DNA of 64,000 bases from Octopus sinensis (lineage: Eukaryota). A model generated the notes under the pieces. It saw only the letters and a program-made list of their open reading frames with translations, was not told the origin of the DNA and searched no databases. The stretch lies in the NCBI RefSeq assembly GCF_006345805.1, contig NC_042998.1, forward strand, positions 1,302,001 to 1,366,000, written 5' to 3'. Positions within the stretch are counted from its first letter, which is position 1. Each line of letters begins with the position of its first letter. The translations under genes were made by a program, and so were the position numbers. Positions 13,241 through 27,308 of the stretch are shown piece by piece.

Positions 13241-13599
13241 GTATACTTGCGATAGAGTGAACTTTACTAAAAGCTGAAGTACCGGGCGGTGGTATAAAAG
13301 AGGTGCCGGATTAAGCGCATTATCATCTGGGGCTAATCTTGATTCTAAATTCGTACATAATTTTTATTGAATTATAATTTTTTTAAATCTAAAATTTAAA
13401 AAATACTATTTTTTCATTTCTTCCTATCATTTTGGATTTAAGTCGCCATATTGCATACTTCTTAATTACTGTGTTGTTAATTAATTAGTCCGTCTCTTAC
13501 GTCTTAGAAAAGAAACGGGACATTAAATGATTTAATCCTTTAATCATATGAATGCTCGATGAGGGCTCACTTGTGATTATGCTACGACCCCTACCACCA

Positions 13600-13855
13600 C
13601 CGACACCACCAGTACAAGTACCACTACTGCTGAACCAATACCTCAGCCCCACCATCACCACCACTACTACTACTACTACTACTACCATCACCACTACAAC
13701 TAATACTACTACTACCACCACATCTACTACTACTATCACTATCACTATTACTATCACTAATACTATCTTCACCACTACTAACAACATCACTATTACTACT
13801 ACTACTACTACTACTGCTGCTGTTGCTGCTGCTGTTGTTACCACCACTACTTCTG

Positions 13856-13900
<45 letters not shown>
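13600..13900. repeat. (ACT)n/(ACC)n trinucleotide low-complexity tract
   Basis: Direct inspection; explains poly-T/poly-V ORFs 13497-13868 and 13552-14061. Confidence 0.9.
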
Positions 13901-14131
13901 GGATGGTTTCATTTCTTGAAAGTATTCAATCTCCAAATATGTCGTTAATGACTCTGGTAAGATGTAGGACGCATCTCATTAAAAAAATATATATATTCAT
14001 GTATTTGGGTTTGGGTTCAGTCCTACTGCGTGGCACCTTGGGTAAGTCCTTTCTACTGTAGCTCCGATCCAATCAAAGCCTTGCGAATGGATTTGATAGA
14101 CGGAAACTTGGAAGTCCATTGCGCGCTCGCG

Positions 14132-14171
<40 letters not shown>

Positions 14172-14176
14172 CGTGC

Positions 14177-14217
<41 letters not shown>

Positions 14218-14430
14218 TGTGTGTGTGTATGTATATTATATATACATATGGAGAGAGAGAGAGAAATAAATAGATATGCATTCACTTCCACCGCATACAC
14301 ACACATACATACATACATATATACATGCATACATACATACATGCATGCATGCATACATACATACATACATACATACATACATACATACATACATACATAC
14401 ATACATACATACATACATACATACATAATG

Positions 14431-15390
14431 TGTATAATATGACGTGCGTCGTAAAGAATTCCTGATTATTTAAATAAGCTTATTTTATCAAATTTAATTT
14501 GAAATTGCACAAGAATAATTGAAATGCTCTCTTTGACATTTATTTGTTCACGTATTTGTTCCATTGTTTGTTTACATTCGGCTCGTAAAACTTTTCAAGA
14601 GGCAAAGTGGGATTGTAGCTCTGAATAAAGCAGGATATAGCACTAAAGACGTGGCTTCATTGGTTAGCGTTGATCCCAAAACTGTCCATAGTATCACGAA
14701 ACGCTACAATGAGACAAGTTCAATCGACAGCAAGTTCAATCCTTGCCGAAAACGATTCGTAAGGATGAACCAATTGGTGGATATCGTCCGAAAGAGAATG
14801 TCACGAAATCCACGACGATGCATGAGCAAATAGCTAAAATTCTCAGACAAAGATGCAACGGGTCATGCATGAAGACTTAAATTGTAAGTCATTAAAATTG
14901 CAACGACACCTAATTTCGGCCGCTTCCAAAGCAAAGCAACTGGACAGATGAAAGGAAGTGGCGGAGGAGATTCAGAGCACCAGTGACAATGTCTTCATCT
15001 TCATATTCACTGTGGACGCTGCAGCGAACACCCAAAATGACAGGATTTTGACTACGAGATCGGATGCTGTTCCCGAAGGTGTCTATATGGTGTTTCGCCG
15101 AATGAAACCCGCCGGGGTGATAGTTTGAACGACAGTGTCATCCGATGGTGAAAAATCTCTACTGGTGTTCATTAAAGAGGGGACGAAGGTCAATTCGGCA
15201 ATTTAAAATGAAAGTGTTAGAAATAATGTTTTACCATGGTGACCGAAGCATTTGGAGATAATTCCGTATTCCGGTAAGACAGCGTTCCTTCTCCTGCGTC
15301 CAACGTGACACAACAGTAGTTCAGGAGTTACATTTTCGCAGGTTCCGGGACAATCTCCAGCCTTGTAGCAAATTACATCCTGCTGATTCT
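14431..15390 (+). mobile_element. Decayed Tc1/mariner-superfamily transposon, maT/DD37D-like
   Basis: KRQSGIVALNKAG...TVHSITKRYNET...RMSRNPRR HTH region; AANTQNDRI, KPAGVIV*TTVSSDGEKSLLVFIKEGTKVN and VLPW motifs; many stops. Confidence 0.8.
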
Positions 15391-15565
15391 CTTATGAATT
15401 ACATTAAGGATATGAGAGTGTATAGAAAACTCAACACGTACTACATAAGATGGGAAAAACATAACAGAACCACTCGCGAGATTTGAACCAAGTATCTGCC
15501 ATATACGGGACGGCCACTCTGATGGCTACACCAAAGAGTTCCTGGAATGGTTAATTCATCAAATT

Positions 15566-16245
15566 ATCTTTCTATATAAAACTGAGAATGTGTGTGTGTG
15601 TGTCTGTCTGTCTGTGTGTGTGTTTCCCTAAAACTTGAGAACTGCGCAACTAATTTCATTCAAATTTTACACATGCCTTACTTAGGGTCCGGGGAGTGTC
15701 ATCGGCAAAAAAAAATGTTCAACTTCTTGCCTAGAGCGAGCCCATAGCAATATCATATTTTCTCCACTACGATTCCCTAAAACTTGAGAACTACACAACC
15801 AATTTCATTCAAATTTTACACATGCCTTACTTAGGGTCCATGTAGTTTCATGGGCAAAAAAAGTGTTCAACTTCTTGCCTAGAGCGAGCCCATAGCAATA
15901 TCATATCTTCTCCACTACTTCAGTATTACGTGTTAAAAGTGAAACAAAAACATTTCTCTATTTTATGTCAGATGCTTTCACTTTAAAAATAAAAATAATA
16001 ATAACAATTGAATTATATGTAGTAAGTAATAATTAAAATCAAACTAAAGTATAATATAATCGTAACATAACAAAAGTAAAAATAGCAATTGGTATAAAAT
16101 TGCATCAATGATTTGAACTTGAATAAGTGGTTTCACATGAATGGGAATCAATTAAAAATAAAATTAGCGTGCAGAAATGGAATAGTCCAGATGGAGGTGT
16201 GCAATACCTTTTACCACGGCTTTTACATTAGATTATCTGCTAATT
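15566..16245 (+). mobile_element. Non-autonomous Helitron/Helentron-like element with internal 149-bp tandem duplication
   Basis: 5' tctttctatataaaactgagaat plus (gt)n(gtct)n, like the element at 39904-40270; units start at 15624 and 15773; 3' end uncertain. Confidence 0.55.
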
Positions 16246-16249
16246 AGCT

Positions 16250-17100
16250 AGCATTAAGTATCTATATGAAATTTGGCTGTATGTAATATCTGTTTTCTCG
16301 AACAGCCGCTCCTGTTGGTTTATTTCTTATACATAAAGGACTTCAACTGCTTTCTGACTCATCGTAAGGTTTGTTGTTATTATTATTACTGTTTAACTAT
16401 TGTTATCACGTTTGTTGGTTCCTCGTAAAGGAAACATTGTTGTGTTGCATTTGTTAAATAATTGTAAACTGTAACCCTCCCCCTTTGGGAGAAGGAGCTT
16501 TGGTTATTGTTTAAAAATTGAATTGTGTCCCTGTTTGGGGAAATTGACAATATTTTCACCGTTTACACGGAAGCATTTTCGTTAGAATGCCTTCGATAGA
16601 AGAAAGTCCAAAAATGAATTTCGCTGCAGCCGTCGGCGGGCGCGAACTCATTGAAATTAAAATGGGAGAAATACGGATTAATCAACGACAAAGACGGTGA
16701 ATCTAGGATAACACCACCAAATGAAATAAAAAATTAAATTAAAGAAAAGACTATTGTCTATAAAGTATACAATGTAGAGAAAAAAAAAGATTTGAACACC
16801 TGGAGGAAAGCACCATCGAAAAGTGTCTTGGTGCGACTATGAAAATATCTAACCAGAGGCGGTAAATTCGCCACAATAGAAGCAAGGTTCGAGTCAATGG
16901 AGCGTGCAAGGGAGTACTCGACTCGAACCTTGCAAAGTGGAAATATTTTATTTTTACCTTTATATCTGGGACGTAGGACGTCCCGGATAAAAATTAAAAT
17001 GCCCCCCCCCCCCGGAAGTAGAGGTAGGCTGCATTGTAGCCACACTTCTATACAAGAGGGAGGGCAAGATCCAATTGATCGAAATTGCAAGACACGGACC
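16250..17100 (+). mobile_element. 5' end/ORF1 remnant of a non-LTR retrotransposon (L1/Tx1-like, tentative)
   Basis: Broken reading MPSIEESPKMNFAAAVGG...KFATIEARFESMERAREYSTRTL...LPLYLGRRTSRIKIK; recalled resemblance to ORF1/gag-like proteins, not verified. Confidence 0.4.
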
Positions 17101-17243
17101 TACAATTCCAGTCTGTTATATATTTTGAGTATCGTTATCACTAGCGATATCAAGATATAACTTTGTATTTTGTATTTTATGTGTAGATGTATATATATAG
17201 ATGTACATGTAATATGTACACATATATATACACATATACATGC

Positions 17244-17678
17244 ACTAGCACTATGACCTGGCAACGACGGGTCATAATGCAAGTCAGCTATAAAGGCTTT
17301 AGTGTAAAAGTTAATAGTATTTACCTCTCCTCGTCTCACACAAGGATCATATTTTTGCTGCCATGAGCGTGCAGGTCACGCCAGCGTTGTCTAACAGCTT
17401 CCATAGCATTGAAATTTTTCTATAATTAATGCACTCCAAAATACGAACACTTAGTAATTATAAAATAACTATTTGACAAAAAGTTAGCTTGACTTTCACA
17501 AGTCTGATTAGCAAGTCAAAATTATTGATTATATAAAAGAGCTTAAATTTTGGCAACAAGATGTTCTAAATTTGGAAGAACGTTCTGAAGCAAGTCAAAT
17601 GAATGTTACAGTTTACAGAAGACGGAGTGTGCGTGTGACTGTTATATTCGAAAGTGCTTAAATGCATGTTAATATAGA
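17244..17678 (-). mobile_element. Non-autonomous Helitron-like element
   Basis: Minus-strand 3' hairpin tatgacc...ggtcata (17252-17275) followed by gtgCTAGT; putative 5' TC end tctatattaa at 17678. Confidence 0.55.
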
Positions 17679-18802
17679 ACTAGTACGGAATGCGGCGAGC
17701 TGAGAGAATAGTTAGCCTGCTGGGCAGAATGCTTTGCGACATTTCGTCCATCTTTACGCTCTGAGTTTAAATTTCGCCGAGGCGAGCCGTGCCTTTCATG
17801 ATTTCGTGATCGATAAAATAAGTACCAGTTGAACACTGGAGTCAATGTAATACTCCCTTCCCGAAATTGTTGACTTTGTGCCAAAATTTAACATCAGTAT
17901 AGCACTAACACATGGACATACAAGTGAGTACGCAAACGGCACGTCTGCACAAAATGTGTTTATAATTGCATGACATTCCAGTTAACACGTGATGCAATGA
18001 AAGTATGCTGGAAAAATAATGGAATTATTGTTTCCAATATGGAAAGGTTTAAGCTGTCTTGGCTGTATAGTTGTAAACGGCTGTTTTTCTGTAAGAGTTT
18101 TATCAAGGTGACTAGCTGTTGAAGATCACTGGTTGTTGTATGCCAACGTTAGCTATACGCTGTTGCATCACTGCATATCTGTGGCAGCTTTCGGCTGCTG
18201 TAATGGGTCAATGACTGCCATCAACAATTAAGGCATTTTTGCTGATATAATTACATGTTAATCGCTGATTGTCTGAGAAAGATTCACTTAATTCGGTCGC
18301 CGATGATATACATAGGAGCGAGTTCGTATCACTTGCCCGCCATCGACATCGCATTCCTCTTTCTAGGAAATATTCACTACACACGCGCACACGTACACAT
18401 GTACATATATATGAATATATACGTATTGTTATCACTAGCGATATCAAGATATCACTAGCGATATCAAGATATATATGAGACATTTATTCAATGTTGTACC
18501 ACTTCAGTACAGCTGTCCTTAAATTTCCAATCTTGTACAAATGTAGGTCATATAAAGTAGGTATTATAAATCACATTTTTATTCTTTTTATACATGCATT
18601 CTTTATATTTATCCATTATATTTTGATCTTTTAGTATGCTTTTCTTTCTTGTTCACATATCTGTACCGAAATAGTCGCAGATGTCTCTAAGCTAGCTAAG
18701 GGGTGGTTTAAAAGATAAAGCAATTAGAATTCACACCATATCGTAAATGATTAACCAAACAACCTCTTGCCACATACCCACATTCGATCTTTAGTTAACA
18801 TA

Positions 18803-19021
18803 CGAAGGGAGGGCTGAGAAGTTCCTGGCTTTGGGTAAAAGAAAATACAAGAAGATCAGTTATTTATGGTTTTATTCAGCATATTCCCCTCCCAGATTCA
18901 CACACTTATCGCAGTGGTCTTTCGGTTTTTCTAAACCCCGTAAAATGGACTCGGAAGGTTGCACCTTGGACCAAGTCTTTCGCGATATCCTTAAAGCCAG
19001 GAACTTTTTAGCAACCCCTCG
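18803..19021. mobile_element. Mariner-type MITE
   Basis: Imperfect ~30-bp TIRs cgaagggagggctgagaagttcctggcttt / aaagccaggaactttttagcaacccctcg, preceded by TA. Confidence 0.75.
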
Positions 19022-19109
19022 CAAGTTTTAGAATTCTCCTCCCCGTATGTTTTGCCCCCAGTTAATCGTTAACAGAAATAATTCACACATATGTATATAC
19101 GTGTGTGTG

Positions 19110-19185
<76 letters not shown>

Positions 19186-19239
19186 CGTGCGTGTGTGCGC
19201 GTGCACGTGTGTGCGCGTGCACGTGTGTGCATGTATGAT

Positions 19240-19715
19240 GGCAGTTTCTTCATGTCTGCAGGCACCAAGGAAGACTGAAAGCCCTCATATGGCTATTTAA
19301 ACCAATTCTTGATGCTGCAGGGATTTTCTTCCTGCCTGTACCCAGTATTTCAAAATGTGGGGCAGTCAGCGGTGACAAGCAAGATGTAGGTTTTACATTA
19401 GAGAGGCCTTCTCGAAGGTGAATTGTGTTGCAAGACTGAAAAACTCCACCTACCCGGAGTTGGAGGAAGGGTCTCAAAGAGGGTACAGAACCTCCATGAT
19501 TTGCTTTCGAAGCTGACTGCGTAGCCTTTTGCTTTCCCAAGGCACTCACAAAAAAGGGATGGTTTGGGCTTGGTGTTTCCTCCATAGCTACTTCTTAACA
19601 CATAGCTGAGAGCATGAAACGTGCTTCTACTCCGAAGCGGAGTAGATTTGTGATAAATAACGGGTAAGGCGTGGACCAACATTTCTCGAAACCCAGTCAT
19701 ACCCAGGACTAGATA
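19240..19715 (-). mobile_element. 3' fragment of an RTE-clade LINE
   Basis: Minus-strand peptide ends AASRIGLNSHMR, typical of the RTE C-terminal SRIGL-x-SH-x-R motif; flanked by microsatellites. Confidence 0.55.
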
Positions 19716-19763
19716 TAAGTCAGTTTGTCTGTGTATGTGAATGTGTGTGTGTGCATATATACG

Positions 19764-19817
<54 letters not shown>

Positions 19818-19819
19818 AT

Positions 19820-19850
<31 letters not shown>

Positions 19851-20116
19851 ATGTATGTATATATGTATATGTATATATGTACGTGTATATGCACACACAT
19901 CCAAACACATACTCTCACAAACTGACTTATATCTAATCCTAGGTGTACATACATGCATACATATATGTACATACATATACATACATCTATGTGCATACAT
20001 ACATATACATACATACATACATATATACATACATACATATATATATTTATATATATGCATGTATGCATGTATGTATTTTAGTGGGTGTGTGTAGATAGAT
20101 GGATAAAAAGACAGAC

Positions 20117-20224
<108 letters not shown>

Positions 20225-20849
20225 TACATAAACACATAAACACACATACACTTATATGTTCATTATATCAAGAGTTGATAGCTTACACTAGTTTCACCCT
20301 CTGTTCACTCTATTCAGCGTACTGAGTTCTTCATGAGATAATGTTGTGACCATGTAAAATACATTTTAATATTCTGTAAAACATTTGTATTACATCATGT
20401 GTGTATGTGTGTGTTTGTGTCTATGTGTGTGTGTAAATGCATGCATATATACATATTTCTCAAAAAAAAAAAGAAAGGAAAAGAAACCTTTATACTAATG
20501 GTCTTTCTATGTGCAGACTTTTCTTTCAACGAGTTCTTCGAATCCGTAGCGAAAATGTGCCAATACAAAGATGCTGTGCACAAACATTATGTGACTGAAG
20601 GTTTATTATACGAGAGTTTAAAAAAATATGGCAGCCGAAGTTTACAAAAAGACGATATCCCGCAATGCATTTACAGTAGCAATATTGATGCTAGTTTTCT
20701 GCCAAACCAGTCTGTTTATTCTTGGTTACAAGATTTTTTCCGTACTTAGGCACTTTTTTCGTGTCAAGAAGGAATATTGTTTGAATTACAAGTAAACCTT
20801 ACGCAATCAATTTTGAAAATTTCCCTAAAGGTGTGGGAAAGCTTCACTT

Positions 20850-21900
20850 AAACTGTGATCTTACAGAACATGATGTTGACATTCTACTTAACGCCATTAA
20901 CATGCATATTTAAAAGAACTATGGAAGGTCATACTGACATGTAAAATTGGCGTGTCATAGCACGCACAAATCTTGTTGCCAAGAATGAAAACACAGACTT
21001 GGCAGAAAACTACAAGCCTCTTACTTTCCCAAACATTATGTATAAAATTTAAATCCATTTATTATATATAAACTTTCAATTAATTCCTGCAAGACCATTA
21101 ACATCAATTTACGATTAATAAAGCATGGAATAAAAAAGAAAAGGAGAGAGAGAGACCTTGCAACCATATGGATTGATTACAAAAAGGCATTTAGTCCTTT
21201 TGCTGAAATAACTCCCGCCTCTTCTGCTTTAGTTGCTTCCATGCAAACTCGCAACTCGAAGCAGAACAATTGTTGCCGAAGTTATAAACCTTTCGAAGCG
21301 AATATTCCAAAAAGACAGTTAGCTTGCGCTTCTATTTATTTTGCACAAAATTCTCTGGAATTTATCTGACAAAATTCCAGTGATTATAAACTAGAATCTA
21401 CAGCAACAAAAGACACAATAGTAAACCATAATTTCTTGTAGACGATCAAAATAGCTGTTGTAGAAATGTTGTAAAGCAAAGGGATTTAACATTTTCATCT
21501 GATATTGAGGTGGAATTTGACCGTTAATATTTGTTTGTTGGACGGGTAAAAAAATATACTTCCAAAATTAAAATTCTTAATAGTAATGGTATTTTTATCG
21601 TATCTGTTTCATACAACAAGGGCTACAAATATTTGACTAATTACGAAAATGTAATAAGTGAAGGTACCGTGTACAAAGAATAAGAAACTAGGCTTAAAAA
21701 GCATGGCGATTGAAGCTTACGATTAGGTAATATCATGCAATGCAATTGTAGATATAGTACTGAAATTAGCATTTAGAATAATTGTCTATTCTATAGACAA
21801 GTCATTATCCTAAATGCAGAAGAAATCTACCCCATGAATGCTAAAACATGCACTATTCACAGAAACAGAGGTATAAGCAGGTTGTATCTATATACATAAT
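20850..21900 (+). pseudogene. Decayed R4/Dong-like reverse transcriptase
   Basis: ARTNLVAKNENTDLAENYKPLTFPNIMYKI, LATIWIDYKKAF, IFQKDS*LALLF, FLVDD, FSSDIEVEF and YKYL in RT motif order. Confidence 0.8.
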
Positions 21901-23265
21901 ACAAAAGCAGATATCTTTTTTTTTTTTTACATTTACCCAAATTTACTTATGAGAAATATATAAAATACTTTAAAAATTAATAAATTTTATACAAGAATAA
22001 TCTAAACTAAGTCAAAAATAATGTTGGATTAAAGCCCCATGAGAGAAAGGGTGTGTTGAATTTTTTTATATGGCTATTTTAAAAACTACACTAACGGATG
22101 AATAATTCCGAACTATTCATTTTTATTAAAATTTTTACATTCAAACAGAATGAGACACATTTAGGTCAAAATCGCAATAGTTGGGCTGTTCTAAAAAAAG
22201 ATTAGTGCAGAAGTAAAAGTATCTTTTGACATAAGATTAATACATGGATATAATTGATATTTGATTACGTAATAACAGAAAAGAATGAATGAAGTACAGA
22301 AAAAAGTCAATATAAATATCCCTGGGGCCTCTTTCCATCAGCGTTTATGATGTATCTGCAACAAAAAGGTTCTCCAGAGTTTTTAAAGTCTTTTAAATAT
22401 AAATTATATAAACAAGGAGAAACCCCGACCTATCGACGGTTGCTCAGAGATGAGTTATTCCCTTAATTGTTTGGATTTTTGATCTTAGGCGAAGGCTTAA
22501 AGGATAATCGGTTAACCCATTTATTTGCGGGAAGGTTAACATTATTTTATAATGATCAATTTACTTTTCATATTTCAATCGCCGAGCGACACCTTAAATG
22601 TAATATACTAAATCCTAGAAGCGACGGGTGCATCATTTTAATACACAATATTCGGAAAGATACAGGGGTTTTATTGTTGTTTGTTTTTTCATTTGTGTTT
22701 TTGAATGTGAGGCCAAATTTTATTTTAATACGTTAGAAACATGGATGAGATATACTAAGTTAAATGGGTTTTGTAAACTTTGGTATTTAGTAAGTTTTGT
22801 CGCAGCGAGGAGTGAAAATGTCTAAAGCTTCAGACTAAGTTACTTCGACTGTACGGTAAAGAAGTGTATTGACTGGTAGAAGTGAAAAAGAAGTGAATAG
22901 GTTAAGAGGAAGAAAGCGAAGTGCATAACAAGATGATCACCATGGAGGAGAGAAATGGAGATTGCGATGCTGGTTGTAAAGGAGGGGGTCAGAGAACGGT
23001 CGATGGTACAAAAAGGGATCTACCGTATGTTTTACTTTGAGAGAGTGGTGGGGTGGTGGGGGTCGAAAGGTGGGGTGGGGCAGTGCAGTATGAGTTAAGC
23101 AGCGACGAACGAATATAGTCAAACACTTGCAAAGAAAAACGAAATCAACAAGAAAGTGATGTGAAGAAAAGTTCGGGGTTTCAGTGGTAATGTGGGACCA
23201 TTTCCAAGTTTGGAATTATGGTTCCATAGGCAGGCACGCACGTGTATTGGATGTGTCTGTGTGTG

Positions 23266-23318
<53 letters not shown>

Positions 23319-23416
23319 ATATATATATATATATATGCGCACAAACAGATATACATAAATATATAAGCACATATACATACACACACATACATTTATACAT
23401 ACATATATATTTACAT

Positions 23417-23447
<31 letters not shown>

Positions 23448-23989
23448 ATATATATATATATAATATATATATATATGCACCACAAATGCAATGGAAACTT
23501 CCGTATGTATAAATAACTCATTTACTTTTCCTAAATTATCTCTAATTGGCTTTGGTACTTGGTATGAAGTTGTGTAAACGGGTGCCAGTGAATGGTTGCA
23601 ATTTCTAAACTCAGCAAGACCGCTACTGACGACCTTGGATAAAAAAGAGAAAATGTTCTTCTCAAGTTACTTATGCATAGTTAGACAAGAAACTATACAC
23701 TCTAGACATAGTTACTTCACAGTATATTCATATGAAGGAATGTGGTAGCATAAATTTTGTAAAGTCTACGGACTCGGATGCTTAGAAATTGTTTCCGTCT
23801 AAACATTGAAGCTATCTTTAAGATATACAAGTTTATCCAAACTAGATGTTATTAATCTTAAAGTTTTATGATGAAGTAAGCAAACCATAAAAGGAAGCTT
23901 AGTGTCTGCAAGGGATCATGAATCAAAAACTAAATGTAGTTTATTTTTTTGCTTTTTGGGTTTTTTTTTGTAGGGTGGAGGTCTATCTC

Positions 23990-24560
23990 AGTCTGATTCT
24001 ATGCTTTGTGGTTAGAAGTTTGCTCCCCAGTCACATGATTCTGGGTTCAGTCCCACTTGGGTAAGTGTCTCATACTATAGCCCCTTGCCGACCAAAACTT
24101 TGTAAGGATTTAGTTTACAGAAACTGAAGGCGGCGAGGGGCTGGCAGAAACGTTAGCATGCCGGGCGAAATGCGTAGCCGTATTTTGTCTGCCACTACGT
24201 TCTGAGTTCAAATTCCGCCGAGGTCGACTTTGCCTTTCATCCTTTCGGGGTCGATAAACTAAGTACCAGTTACGCACTGGGGCCGATGTAATCGACTTAA
24301 TACCTTTGTCTGTCCTTGTTTGTCCCCTCTGTGTTTAGCAATATTGCCTTGTGGGCAATAAAGAAATAAGAAACTGAAAAGCGCCCGTCGTATGTGTGTG
24401 TGTGTGTGTGTGTGTGCGTGCGTGCGTGCGTGTGTGCGTGCGTGCGTGCGTGCGTGCGTGAGTGCGTGCGTGAGTGTGTGCATGTCTGGGTGTTTGACTC
24501 CGGTGTTGGTTTGTTTACGTCCCCGTAACTTAGCGGTTCGGCAAATGGGATCAATTGAAT
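23990..24560. mobile_element. Nested SINEs (family-2 tRNA-headed copy interrupted by a family-1 copy)
   Basis: Family-2 head at about 24005-24125; family-1 core at 24125-24340; further family-2 pieces to 24550. Confidence 0.7.
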
Positions 24561-25559
24561 AAATAATAAAGTTATTGTTTAGTCTTACGCAGTAAAACGA
24601 CAAAAAAAAATTTAAAATAGAAACAACAAAACGTTTCAGCAGGGAAGTTCGGATGTTTGTAAAATGATTATCTATATTTTCAAGCAAGAATATGATGGCC
24701 GATGTTTTTATTAGCATGTTTAAGCCTGTACGATTTTATTACTTATAATGTTGATTAGTACCAAAAACTAAGTACCTACTTACAACCAGACGACTGGTCA
24801 CTCATTGATAGAGACAGGCGGTGAACCCTATAACTCAGTCCTAGTCCGAGCCTTTTGTCGTAATGTACTACAACCGAAGACCCAGCCCGAATGCCTGCAA
24901 AAGAGTGGAGTCTGCTAATGGCACTAAGAGAAGAGGTGGTTGTGTTAAATCAGATGACGGATTCTGAAATGTACCACTCAAGTCACTCACGCGCGATTTC
25001 AACTCAGAACGCAAAGAGCCAAATCAAATACCAGAAGAATTTCCATTAAACGCTCTAACGTTTCCGCAAGTCTACTGCCCTACATTGGTACTTTATTTAT
25101 CGACCCGGGAGGATGAAACTCGATTTGCAAATTGACCTTAACTGAATTTGAACTGAAAACATAGGACGAAACAAATATCAAGAAAGCAATTCTCCCCTAT
25201 GTAGTCACATGATCGACGAGACTACCGGATGTAGCGATACGTCACCGATGACAATGTACTTTGCATCGTTTTAGCTTTTGAAATGATGCCACCCTACTGT
25301 CTAGGACAACATCTCCCCTCCTGATCGAATGGGTACTCCGTCGCAGAGTTACCCATTTACAGCCGAATGAAATTGAGCGTTTTGCTAAAAAAAAAACACA
25401 ACGCACCGCTCGTTTCGGATATCAACACCCTAACCACGAGGTCATGTGCCTTCACCAAATCAAGAAGTATTAATTCATCAAAATTACTCGGAAAATGGAA
25501 AGAAAGAAACTGTATTTCGTTTATGTCTGATTCTGGTCAAGAAAGATAGGTGAGAATTA

Positions 25560-26057
25560 CCGTAAATCCTCGAGTATAGTCCGCCCTTGAGTATAATACG
25601 CTGGGGATTTTTAGGGGGCTGTACTCTGAAAAACCTAAACCTTGTGTATAATACGCACCCCTTCTCTAACTTGAGTCGTGCGTAATTAAGCCAGCAGCAC
25701 CTAGTCGAACAAACACTGCCGTGCATGCGTAATGCAATAATGGTGATGTTCTTAACTGTTATATGGGAATGTAAATATGTTTGCAAATTGTTTTTGTTAC
25801 ATGTTATTCTGTGTTCTCAATATTTTTATTTTAATAAATCTTGCTCACTGCAAGTTATGGATGATTCTTTTGTGACTTCATTGCTTTCAGGCTTAGCTTA
25901 AGGTATTTTCGCGTCCGACATCACAAAATGCGTCTGAATAAATATTGCCGGACAGCAAATATAGACCCGGACATTGCTTAGAAAATATTTTTCATTTTAA
26001 CCTCGTATATAGTACGCACTTGGGAAAAAAATGCGGATTATACTCGGGGATTTACGG
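25560..26057. mobile_element. pogo/Tigger-like MITE
   Basis: 25-bp TIRs ccgtaaatcctcgagtatagtccgc / gcggattatactcggggatttacgg (2 mismatches); TA at 25558-25559 and 26058-26059. Confidence 0.88.
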
Positions 26058-26169
26058 TAGTTAAATATAAAATGCAATGAAGGAAGTAATAAATATCAAT
26101 TTGGCAGTGCAGGGACAATTCCGGACATGTTTCGGCCTTTATATTACAAGCAAAGAAGTAAACATATTA

Positions 26170-26930
26170 AGTAAAAAAGACCCCTTCGTTCACGAAGGGC
26201 CATAGAATTGCAACAAGAAATTTCCCCTCCGAGACACAAGTTCGGTTAAGGTATTTTGTTGAAGACAAGCAATCGCCTATGCATACTAGTCTCCCCTCAG
26301 CGTGCCACCGATGCTGTCCAAGGGGAAGGAAGAGGCGGGCACAACTCGGTGCCAGAGATGTCGCAACTCAATTCTACAGCTGAGTGAACTGGAGCATCGT
26401 AAAATAAAGTGTTTTGCTCAAGAGCCCGAACTCACAACCTCACGATTATAAAATTGACGCTCTAACCACTGAGCCATGCGGCTTCACTAAACACACACAA
26501 ACACACACACACACACACACACATATATATTTTACTTCTTTTACTTGTTTCAGTAATTTGACTGCGACCATGCTGGTGCACAGCTTTGAAGGGTTTTAGT
26601 CAAACAAATCAACATCAGGACTTAATTTTTAAAGCCAAGTACTTATCTATCGGTCTCTTTTCTCAAACCGCTAAGTTACGGAGACATAAACACGCCAACA
26701 CCGGTTGTCAAGCGATGATGGTGTCACAAACGCAAACAAAGATACATACACACACAGATATATACAATGAGCTTCTTTTAGGTTCCGTCTACCAAATCCA
26801 TTCAAAAGGGTTTGGTCGGTCCAAGGCTAGAGTGGAAGCCATTTACCCAAGGTGCCACGCGATAGAACACTTGAACATGGAACCATGTGGTCGGGAAGCA
26901 AGCGACTTACTACACAGCAACGCCTGTAAA
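26170..26930 (-). mobile_element. Two tRNA-derived SINE copies
   Basis: 26170-26480 ends in a reverse tRNA-like head; 26530-26930 is family 2 (cagtaatttgactgcgaccatgctgg...ccgtctaccaaatcc). Confidence 0.7.
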
Positions 26931-26976
26931 AATACACACACACTCATACATACATACATACATACATACATGTGTG

Positions 26977-27008
<32 letters not shown>

Positions 27009-27012
27009 ATAT

Positions 27013-27101
<89 letters not shown>

Positions 27102-27194
27102 GGAGTAAACACATAAATGTGAAACAAGGTGGAAAAAAGAGTACTCAAATACCAGTGGTAGAGTAATATGCTTTATTTAAGCAGCAGAAAATTC

Positions 27195-27247
27195 AACAAA
27201 ATCTGTTACTCTGAGTTTCTCGTTGCCGTTCATCAGACAGTTTTGCT
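27195..27247 (-). ncRNA. Minimal type I hammerhead ribozyme (family C), antisense twin
   Basis: Reverse complement of the + copy within the palindrome. Confidence 0.85.
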
Positions 27248-27254
27248 AGATTCT

Positions 27255-27308
27255 AGCAAAAACTGTCTGATGAACGGCAACGAGAAACTCAGAGTAACAG
27301 ATTTTGTT
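27255..27308 (+). ncRNA. Minimal type I hammerhead ribozyme (family C), canonical core
   Basis: Stem I ctgt/acag extended by aaaac/gtttt-type pairs; CTGATGA 27267-27273; stem II cg-gcaa-cg; GAAA 27284-27287; stem III ACTC-A-GAGT; GUA triplet 27294-27296. Confidence 0.85.

Noticed and set aside
23620-23665. CTGACGA...GAAA on the + strand
   Set aside because: No stem II or stem I complementarity
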